Source: Candidatus Hermodarchaeota archaeon (GTDB taxonomy: Archaea; Asgardarchaeota; Heimdallarchaeia; Hodarchaeales; Hodarchaeaceae). From it: a DNA stretch of 32,000 nt. The stretch spans positions 123,047-155,046 of the forward strand of contig JBHLKY010000008.1 of assembly GCA_048886185.1 (NCBI GenBank), in the 5' to 3' direction. The notes beneath the pieces were generated by a model that was given only the letters and a program-made list of their open reading frames with translations, was not told the origin of the DNA and made no database searches. The position numbers and the translations under genes were made by a program. Shown one piece after another: positions 18,348 through 25,852 of the stretch (positions within the stretch are counted from its first letter, which is position 1; every line of letters begins with the position of its first letter).

Positions 18348-18428
18348 TATTTGGTGTTATCGTTCTGCCCTCCAACGCGGTGGATACGTAAAAATAACTT
18401 ACAGTATCACAAGAACGGTGCTTTGATC

Positions 18429-18866
18429 ATGTCATATGAACCTAAAAAAGTCGGTAGTGTAAAAATAGGGCGCTATATCATAGATCCAGACTCTAACGAA
18501 CCCTGTAGAGTCATTTCAATAGATAAAAGCAAACCTGGAAAACATGGAGCAGCAAAGGCGAGAATGATGATGATAGGTTTGTTTGATAACCAAAAGAGGC
18601 AATTAATATCTCCAGTCGATAAAAGAATTAATGTTCCAATCATTGAAAAACGTGTTGGACAGGTTACAAATATTGAAGCCAATACAGGTTTCATACATGT
18701 CATGGACAATGAAACCTATGATTCCTTTGTTGCGGATCCTCCTTCCGACGATGAACTAAAAACAAAGCTCAATACATTATTTTCAGAGGGGAAAACGATT
18801 GAGATTGAGTATTGGCTAGTTATGGATCGGAGGAAAATAATGCAAGTAAGAGAAATGTCTCTTTAA
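18429..18866 (+). CDS. eif5a: Translation factor aIF5A (eIF5A)
   Basis: Hypusination motif SKPGKHGAAKAR. ATG 18429 preferred over the TTG 18351 used by the ORF track. Confidence 0.96.
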   Translation: MSYEPKKVGSVKIGRYIIDPDSNEPCRVISIDKSKPGKHGAAKARMMMIGLFDNQKRQLISPVDKRINVPIIEKRVGQVTNIEANTGFIHVMDNETYDSFVADPPSDDELKTKLNTLFSEGKTIEIEYWLVMDRRKIMQVREMSL

Positions 18867-18899
18867 TCATCAAAAAACACTTTATGGGTTGTAAATCTT

Positions 18900-19760
18900 T
18901 TGGTGAGAGTATCGCGAATTGGTATTGTCTCCCAAGTACTCTATCAAGAAACAATCGATATTATTCACGACATTCTCTCTGTTGAGGAATGTTCCTCCAT
19001 CTCTTTATTCGTAAATCCTGAATTATTTGAATTTTTAAAGAAGGCCAACTCTGAAACATTTAAAATACTACAAAAAGAGTCATTGGAAGAAATGAAAGTA
19101 GATTGTATTGTTTCAATTGGTGGAGATGGAACAATATTACGAATTGCCCGAACAAGACCAGATATACCTATTTTGTCTATCAATAAAGGAAGAAAAGGAT
19201 TTATGACTGAAATAGAACCTAAGGATGTCATCCCAAGTTTCAAACTCTTTTTTTCTGGAAAATTTGATTTAATAGAGCACAGGAGAATTGAAGCATTGAT
19301 TGGGGAACATAGCCTAGGTTCAGCTATAAATGAAATCGTTATTACTTCTTTTGATTTGTTAAAGCCTATAGATTTTCGCGTTTTAATTGATGATACGATA
19401 ATCTCCAGTTCTCTTGCTGATGGAGTCATCGTTGCTACAGCATTAGGCTCCACAGGACATTGTCTCTCCAGTGGGGGGTGCGTATTAGATCCAACTCTTG
19501 ATAATATTCAAATTTCTTGGATTAATCCAATTAATCTTGCAGTCAGACCAATCATTTTGAATTCATCTCGTGATATTAAAGTTAGATGTGCAACCCGAAT
19601 TAATCCTATAAAATTGGTGATTGATGGTCAAATTAGTCTTGAATATGACTCTCCCATTGAAATTCTTTTTCGCTCTACTAAGGAAACAGTGAAATTCTTT
19701 CGTTCACGATCGTTTGTAACACGTTTGCGACAACATTTCAATCCAGAGATCAGGGAATAG
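18900..19760 (+). CDS. nadK: NAD kinase
   Basis: GGDGT, INKGRKGFMTE, AINE, ADGVIVATALGSTG. Confidence 0.94.
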   Translation: MVRVSRIGIVSQVLYQETIDIIHDILSVEECSSISLFVNPELFEFLKKANSETFKILQKESLEEMKVDCIVSIGGDGTILRIARTRPDIPILSINKGRKGFMTEIEPKDVIPSFKLFFSGKFDLIEHRRIEALIGEHSLGSAINEIVITSFDLLKPIDFRVLIDDTIISSSLADGVIVATALGSTGHCLSSGGCVLDPTLDNIQISWINPINLAVRPIILNSSRDIKVRCATRINPIKLVIDGQISLEYDSPIEILFRSTKETVKFFRSRSFVTRLRQHFNPEIRE

Positions 19761-19766
19761 TTATTA

Positions 19767-20297
19767 ATGACCTTGGAGACCAATACTTGGATATTAGATG
19801 CAACAGCATTTATTAGGATGGACTTTTCTCAGCTACAGGCCACCCCCAACGTTCTATTCTTTACAACTCAAAGTGTTGGCTCGGAATTGAAAGATTTTCG
19901 ATCACGTATGAATCTAGATTCTTTAAGATATTCAGGACGTTTAAAATTTAGTAATCCTCAAGACAAAATCATACAGGAGTTGAAAAAACAAATTCAAAAG
20001 GTAGATCCCCAAACAACGCTCTCTTCAACTGATATTGAAGTCCTTGCTTTAGCAATCCAATTGAAAGGAACACTAATCTCTAATGATCTGAACTTACAAA
20101 ATGCCGCCTATCATTTTAAAATTCCTATTAAAGTCCTTAGTGGGAAGAAAATTGTCTCTCCACGAAAGTGGCAGCTTAAATGTCAAGGTTGTGGAAAATT
20201 ATCTAATGATACATTTCAAATTTGTCCAAATTGTGGTGGATCTTTAAAACGAGTCCAAATCAAACCTGTAAACTTGGATTCAGAACTAATGGAATAA
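19767..20297 (+). CDS. nob1: Nob1 PIN endonuclease with Zn ribbon
   Basis: ILDATAFI, LSSTDIEVLALA, SNDLNLQNAA, CQGC..CPNCG. Confidence 0.93.
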   Translation: MTLETNTWILDATAFIRMDFSQLQATPNVLFFTTQSVGSELKDFRSRMNLDSLRYSGRLKFSNPQDKIIQELKKQIQKVDPQTTLSSTDIEVLALAIQLKGTLISNDLNLQNAAYHFKIPIKVLSGKKIVSPRKWQLKCQGCGKLSNDTFQICPNCGGSLKRVQIKPVNLDSELME

Positions 20298-20357
20298 CAA
20301 TAAAAAATTGTTGGAAAAATGAATTAACGAAGGTAATTCTTCACGAGGAAGACAAAC

Positions 20358-20558
20358 GTGCCAGAAGAACTAAAATCAAAAGAAGAGTTTATGACCACAC
20401 TGGGATTGGCTTCAACCTGTTATGTTAAACGACTAAAAAATACAGATATTGTGAAACTGAAACTCAGAACCAAAAAACGTCTTTATACATATAAAACAAC
20501 TCCCAAAGAAGCGAATGAGATAGTACAGAATCTGAATATCCCTGTTGAAGAAATCTGA
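20358..20558 (+). CDS. rpl38e: Ribosomal protein eL38
   Basis: MPEEL...VKLKLRTKKRLYTYK matches the recalled eL38 core VKFKVRCSRYLYTL. Confidence 0.88.
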   Translation: MPEELKSKEEFMTTLGLASTCYVKRLKNTDIVKLKLRTKKRLYTYKTTPKEANEIVQNLNIPVEEI

Positions 20559-20575
20559 GGGAAAAAGATTATCAA

Positions 20576-20851
20576 TTACTCTTGAATTTCTGATGTAATA
20601 GTTTCAAGTAGGGAAAGAACTTGCCAAATGGTGGTCCTCGCAAAGAGGGGACAGTTGGGATCCTGACTAATTTCGTCCAGAATTGAGATTGCTAAATTCG
20701 CACGTACCTCGGGTGGGTCATCATCCTGAGTATTCTTACCTGATATTGCCACGAAGGCTTCTTTCGCTGCTCTACGGATATTTTTTGGAACACTATGGTC
20801 AGAAGAGATCTGTTGTAACAGCATCTTTGAATTTTCAATCTTATCCTCCAT
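20576..20851 (-). CDS. UPF0147 family protein
   Basis: ISSDHSVPKNIRRAA..ISILDEISQDPNCPLFARTTIW. Confidence 0.9.
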   Translation of the reverse strand: MEDKIENSKMLLQQISSDHSVPKNIRRAAKEAFVAISGKNTQDDDPPEVRANLAISILDEISQDPNCPLFARTTIWQVLSLLETITSEIQE

Positions 20852-21697
20852 TTCTGATTACACCTGTCCTATAATTCTTTCAAACTGATGAGAACGTTGT
20901 TTTATCTCAAAAAAATGGCTGAGGATAGATAAGAAACCATCAATATCCAACCTACTAGCCATTGATACACAATAGTAAATTTTAGAAAAACCTTTCTTTT
21001 TGAAAAATGAATTGTTGTCAAACTCATATTTTAACACAATAAAAAAGAAAAAAAAGTATTTAGGAAAAATAAAAATACTTAATTTCTGTAATTGATCGTT
21101 TTTAGAAGCAGAGAACTAAATTGAATTATATTCTATAACAGTTATTATTTTTCTATTTCACAGAGAACGCTTAAAAGCCTTAAGATCATAAAGAAACTAA
21201 TCTACAAATGAAAACACATAAATCGTAATAATTTCGCTTTGAATCTTATAGAAAATACATTCGTCAATAATAAATCAATGTAACTGGTATTCAATAGAAA
21301 ATATTTCTTTTATTAATTTATAAGGGAAATTAAAAGGCTGCATAAAAATATCTGGAAATTCTAGTAATCTATCTATTATGATTAAGAGTAAACCAACTCA
21401 AGGAACCACTAAAGTATAGTCATAGCTCGCAGAGGAATTATATATAAGTTATCCTAAATTTAATATTACATGATTATCAACATAATCAGTTAGAACTATA
21501 TTATTACACATAACAAAATAAATAGTCATTGTCGCGTGGATGTGACTTGAAAACATCGATATGATAGCAATAAGGGTATCTACTTGAAAGATTCCAAGAA
21601 AAGAAAAATCATTAATACGCAGAAAATACTATAAATAATGAGTACCTAACGGTTGTTCCTGAATTTAAAAGGTTCCTACAGGCTTACAATCGGAGTA

Positions 21698-22174
21698 ATG
21701 AGGCAATTGGACATCGAAGAAAGTGAGATCGACCTTTTTGTGGTTTATGACCTCATTATAAGCGGAGGCGGGTTAATCTGTTCGCATTGTGGGAAAAGAA
21801 TTAGTATTGAGGAACTTTTTGAACAGAAAATTATTGTGGGTAATGATGACGGGTATATCACCCATGTTGATTGCTTACTTCGATATATAATGAAAGCAGA
21901 ACCTATTATTTCTTCAGGATTAGCGAATGGCCTTTTTTCAGAGGCTCAAGTACGTCAAGATCTATTATCTCGCCCTTTTGAATCTGTAATTCTGGATATT
22001 AGTCGAGCCTGTTCTTATAAAAGGTTATCTACATCAAAACAAAGTCACGAGTGTTCAAAATTTATTGCCTTTGAATCCAATCTGATCGAAGAAAGAAATA
22101 ATCACAACTTAGAACTCCTTCTATCTTATCTTGACAATACTTTAATTAATTCTACTTATTCCGACCTCAATTGA
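21698..22174 (+). CDS. Hypothetical protein with CxxC-x24-HxxC zinc finger
   Basis: CSHC...HVDC followed by a helical region. GGAG precedes ATG 21698 (the track starts at TTG 21653). Confidence 0.6.
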   Translation: MRQLDIEESEIDLFVVYDLIISGGGLICSHCGKRISIEELFEQKIIVGNDDGYITHVDCLLRYIMKAEPIISSGLANGLFSEAQVRQDLLSRPFESVILDISRACSYKRLSTSKQSHECSKFIAFESNLIEERNNHNLELLLSYLDNTLINSTYSDLN

Positions 22175-22233
22175 GCTGATTGAATCAGTAATCAACAATT
22201 AGATCCAGTATTAAACAAAGAATGGTGATGTGA

Positions 22234-22479
22234 ATGAAAGTTGATCTATCTAGTATACCAAAATCAGAATTGATAGATGACATTGCTGCATTGATTAAAG
22301 AAAAAGAGAATATAAAAGCAAAGAAAGAGGGAAAGACATTAGAAATTGAGGGGTTGCCCTCTAGAAAGATAAAATTTTATACAAAGAAAATTTTGGGCCA
22401 AGCTGATCTACAAGGACATTTTAAAGTCATCTCTCACGGAGATCACTTTGAAGTAATATTTTGGGAATTTCAGGAGTAA
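22234..22479 (+). CDS. rpl22e: Ribosomal protein eL22-like
   Basis: SRKIKFYTKKILGQADLQGHFKVIS..FEVIF resembles recalled eL22 [37 protein letters not shown] SD-like element upstream. Confidence 0.72.
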   Translation: MKVDLSSIPKSELIDDIAALIKEKENIKAKKEGKTLEIEGLPSRKIKFYTKKILGQADLQGHFKVISHGDHFEVIFWEFQE

Positions 22480-22544
22480 CTAAACGCAGTTTCAAAAATT
22501 AAATCTCTAGAGTTTATTCTTATTCTCCCTGAAAAGGGATTAAG

Positions 22545-23669
22545 ATGACAAATACGATGAAAAAAACTCCTTGGGGAAGCACTTATACTTTCTCTCTTTC
22601 AAGAGGGTGTCAACAATGCATTTCTGGAGAGAAACTGGTAGTTTTAGTTACAACAGAATGTACCAGTAGTTGCTTCTATTGTCCTCTAAGCTTGGAACGA
22701 AAGCTGTCTCCATACTCATTTGCCAATGAACGCCCAATAAAACAAATTGATGACCTGATTCAGGAATCATCCATTATGGACGCGAAAGGCGCAAGTATGA
22801 CTGGGGGGGATCCGCTAGAAGAACATTCTTTCTTCCAAACCTTGGAATTCTGTCGAATTTTAAGAAAAAAATACTCAGATAATTTCCACATCCATCTGTA
22901 CACCAGAGGAAGGGAAATCACATCAGAAATGCTATCTAATTTAAACCCCTATGTCGATGAGATACGATTTCACGTCATTAATCTAAATAATGATTACAAA
23001 CAGGTGAAACTAGCAACTCAATTTGATATCGATGTTGGAATTGAAGTACCAATAATCCCCACAAAGGGATTTAGTTATTATTGTGATCTTATTGGACGTT
23101 TTGAATCCATAATACCAGCAAAAAATCAATTCTACTTTGTAAACCTAAATGAACTTGAAATGAGTGAAACAAACTATAGAAATCTCTTAGTTCATGGTTT
23201 AGAATGTGACCAGGGTAATCCTGCAGCCATTAAAGGGAGTGCTGAATTGGGAAAACGAATCGTGAATTGGGCATCTACTTCAAGTTCAGTCCCTGTTCAT
23301 TTCTGTTCCTTGGCTACAAAGGACAGCATCCAATTACCAAACAGGTTGTACCGGATAGCCATGAATGTGAAACTTACTTCGGATGTTGTAATTTCAGAGG
23401 GCTCCGATAAAGGATTATTAATACGAGGGATGATACAGTCGCCATCAGTAGATTTAGATGAACTCCGACAAGTATTAATTGAAGAATTAGAAATCCCAGG
23501 AGAATTAATTCATATTGATGATCAAAAGAAACGGATTTTAACAAACGCAGCTATACTGGACGAATTGAAAGAGGAGATAAGGGAACTATTTCCAGATGCA
23601 ATATTAGGAATCACAGAGGAATATCCATCATATGATAACTTACAAACGACATTTATTCCTCTGGACTGA
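22545..23669 (+). CDS. Archaeal radical SAM protein (COG2108-like)
   Basis: LSRGCQQCISGEKLVVLVT, CTSSCFYC, SMTGGDP, NLNELE. Confidence 0.88.
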   Translation: MTNTMKKTPWGSTYTFSLSRGCQQCISGEKLVVLVTTECTSSCFYCPLSLERKLSPYSFANERPIKQIDDLIQESSIMDAKGASMTGGDPLEEHSFFQTLEFCRILRKKYSDNFHIHLYTRGREITSEMLSNLNPYVDEIRFHVINLNNDYKQVKLATQFDIDVGIEVPIIPTKGFSYYCDLIGRFESIIPAKNQFYFVNLNELEMSETNYRNLLVHGLECDQGNPAAIKGSAELGKRIVNWASTSSSVPVHFCSLATKDSIQLPNRLYRIAMNVKLTSDVVISEGSDKGLLIRGMIQSPSVDLDELRQVLIEELEIPGELIHIDDQKKRILTNAAILDELKEEIRELFPDAILGITEEYPSYDNLQTTFIPLD

Positions 23670-23753
23670 AAGAGAAAAGAAACAGAGCCAATCAAAAAGA
23701 ATATTATAACTAAATTTTATCCCCAAAAGTCATAACACAAATTTTGCTATAGC

Positions 23754-24887
23754 TTAACATACCTCACGCCAGTGAATCCCCAGTTGATCCGCATAATTAC
23801 GAGCGTGATCCATCTCCTGAGGAGATACTCGTTTATCTAGTGATTGATAGCGTGGGTCGCCGTGAATTTTATGTTCGGGCCTCCATTGCCCCATAATATT
23901 CACAAACGCTTGATCAACATTTTTGGAGCACCAATCTAAAATGGGGAGGGTATCAGTCTCAACACGTCCAGGCATTACAAGATGACGAACAATCATCTCA
24001 TGAAAACCATTATCATAAGCCATTTTGATATTTCTAGTTGCTATTTGCCAATACTCCTTAGCTTTCGTCATTTCATAAGCAAACTCATTTTTGTGAAATT
24101 TAAGATCAGGGAGCCAGAAATCCATAACATCGAGTAACAAATCCATTCCTTCAGATGATAGGAACATATTTGAGTTCCAAAGTTGGATTATATTTACCTG
24201 AAAATGAGTGAGAGCTTCAAGAATTGTGTGAATATTAGGAGTAGGATCCCCTCCAACCCAATTGATGTTTTTTGCTCCTTGTTTAGCAAGATTTTCCATT
24301 TTTTTACTCAAGAAGATTGGATTAACAAAGTTTTCCTTATTTAATTGATTAATATTCCCCCAGCTTTGAGAAATATCCCAATTCTGACAGAAACGACAGC
24401 GAAAGGTGCAACCAATAAAGAATATTGTCCCTGAGGGGATTAATGGGGGTTCTTCACCATAATGAAGAAAGGAAGAGGAGACTACACTCTTATCTGCAAG
24501 CCGGCAGAAACCTAATTCCCCCTTTGTTCGGTCTACATGGCATCTACGTTCACAAAAATGGCAGCTTTGAATAATCTTTTGAGAAATCCTAACCTTTAAA
24601 TCTAAAAAGGATGTTTCTGGAGTGAGAAGCTCCTTAATCGTTGTTTTACCCCCTAGCACCTTGAGTTCTAGCTTTATAAATAACTCTCGAGTCTTCTTAT
24701 GATGTTTCCACATGTCAGAGAGAGAGAGATCCTTAAGATTAAGGATATTAACAGGTGTTTTTTGCGCAATCAGGTATCGTGCTGACTTTTCTCCCCTTAA
24801 TACTCCTAAATAATGCGGGAAACGACGAGCTACAACAGGGTTCTCCCATATTGATTCTGTATTTATACGCAAAACTCTTAACATCAC
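23754..24887 (-). CDS. Radical SAM protein, PflX-like (COG1313)
   Basis: CHFCERRC.VDR, HYGEEPPL, GCTFRCRFCQNWDISQ, INWVGGDPTP, VRHLVMPG. Confidence 0.9.
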   Translation of the reverse strand: MMLRVLRINTESIWENPVVARRFPHYLGVLRGEKSARYLIAQKTPVNILNLKDLSLSDMWKHHKKTRELFIKLELKVLGGKTTIKELLTPETSFLDLKVRISQKIIQSCHFCERRCHVDRTKGELGFCRLADKSVVSSSFLHYGEEPPLIPSGTIFFIGCTFRCRFCQNWDISQSWGNINQLNKENFVNPIFLSKKMENLAKQGAKNINWVGGDPTPNIHTILEALTHFQVNIIQLWNSNMFLSSEGMDLLLDVMDFWLPDLKFHKNEFAYEMTKAKEYWQIATRNIKMAYDNGFHEMIVRHLVMPGRVETDTLPILDWCSKNVDQAFVNIMGQWRPEHKIHGDPRYQSLDKRVSPQEMDHARNYADQLGIHWREVC

Positions 24888-25000
24888 AATTCATCTGATT
24901 TCCCCACAATTGCTATATTATATTTTCGAAAGGAAAAAAACTTCAACTTGTAATTGATTAACCTTTAATAGAAGAGAAAGAGTAGTATGTTTACATCGAG

Positions 25001-25234
25001 GTGAATAAACTGGCATCATGCCCAGAATGTGGTGGCATATCGAAATGGAACCCGCCATTCTATGTCTGCAGCGTCTGTGGACTAGCCCTCCGTCGTCAAG
25101 AGTATGAGCGTATGGTACAACAGCAAAAAGAAGCTCTATGGGAAGCTCAATATGAAGAAGGCATTGGAGACCAAGATAAAAAACGGAAGAGAAATAAAGA
25201 ATATTTAGATTGGTATTTAGGTTCAAAAAAGTGA
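25001..25234 (+). CDS. Small Zn-ribbon protein with charged helical tail
   Basis: CPECGG..YVCSVCGL, then RKRNKEYLDWYL. Start is GTG 25001 or possibly CTG 25010. Confidence 0.7.
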   Translation: MNKLASCPECGGISKWNPPFYVCSVCGLALRRQEYERMVQQQKEALWEAQYEEGIGDQDKKRKRNKEYLDWYLGSKK

Positions 25235-25366
25235 GATATGTCGAATTTATAAGAAGAAAATTAGCTTAAGTCCACCCTATGATTAACAGCTGTAATTTTC
25301 CCTCGATTAACTCTTTGTACAGATTGATTTTAATTGAAAAAGTCACCTTCTTCTGAAAATATAGTA

Positions 25367-25441
25367 CGGGCTCTGTGAGATTCGAACTCACGACCTCTAG
25401 CTCCGGAGGCTAGCGCTCAATCCAAGCTAAGCTAAGAGCCC
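25367..25441 (-). tRNA. tRNA-Arg(CCG), intronless
   Basis: Acceptor GGGCTCT/AGAGCCC, anticodon arm CTAGC-CTCCGGA-GCTAG, T loop TTCGAAT. Confidence 0.95.
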
Positions 25442-25457
25442 ATGGACTATTCACTAA

Positions 25458-25590
25458 CGGACTCGGGGGGATTTGAACCCCCGACCCTCTGCTATCTTCA
25501 CAAACTTAATAATCCTTTGAATAGGAGGCAGATGCTCTGTATGTGACCACTCTTTTAGAGAGGGGTCTATCCAAGCTAAGCCACGAGTCC
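25458..25590 (-). tRNA. tRNA-Arg(CCT) with two introns: D-arm (about 25538-25567) and canonical 37/38 (25494-25521)
   Basis: Acceptor GGACTCG/CGAGTCC. Removing the 30-nt and 28-nt inserts restores D arm GCTT-AGCTTGGATA-GAGC and anticodon arm TCTGC-CTCCTAA-GCAGA. T loop TTCAAAT. Confidence 0.88.
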
Positions 25591-25609
25591 ACTTCTAATT
25601 AAACAAATA

Positions 25610-25706
25610 TGGCGGATCCGAGGGGATTTGAACCCCCGACCTGCGACTTAGAAGGCCGCCGCTTTTGACACACGAACGTGTTCTATCCAGGCTAAGCCAC
25701 GGATCC
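25610..25706 (-). tRNA. tRNA-Arg(TCT) with a D-arm intron (about 25665-25683) and encoded CCA
   Basis: Acceptor GGATCCG/CGGATCC followed by G-CCA. Anticodon arm GCGGC-CTTCTAA-GTCGC. A 19-nt insert with hairpin ACACG-TTCG-TGTGT interrupts the D arm. Confidence 0.9.
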
Positions 25707-25852
25707 ATAAATATCTCTATATTACCTCTAGAAGTGATGATTAGAGAACACAATCTTGATTTTAAATATTTTTTAACAAACTTCTAAGAGAGTTCGATTC
25801 GAAGCTATCTATTGAAAGAACCTAAAAAAGGTGTTATTTTTGTACAAGAACC

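Noticed and set aside
18351-18428. 26-aa N-terminal extension of aIF5A in the ORF track
   Set aside because: Not aIF5A-like; better explained as a structured 5' leader before ATG 18429.
13781-19453. ORFs 13781..14011, 14029..14223, 14622..14969, 16765..16962, 18473..18709 and 18965..19453
   Set aside because: Antisense shadows of well-supported housekeeping genes.
20222-20874. ORFs 20222..20428 and 20683..20874
   Set aside because: Overlap nob1, rpl38e and UPF0147 in other frames or strands; no motifs.
20885-20922. Possible C/D box sRNA (CTGATGA...CTGA)
   Set aside because: Only 38 nt, with no convincing internal D'/C' boxes or second guide.
20852-21697. Replication origin or CRISPR array in the long AT-rich gap
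   Set aside because: No ORB-like repeats, no adjacent cdc6/orc1 gene and no regularly spaced repeats.
25253-25852. Integrated element at the tRNA clusters (also checked near 30685)
   Set aside because: No integrase, no duplicated tRNA 3' end (att site) and no compositional shift in flanking genes within the window.
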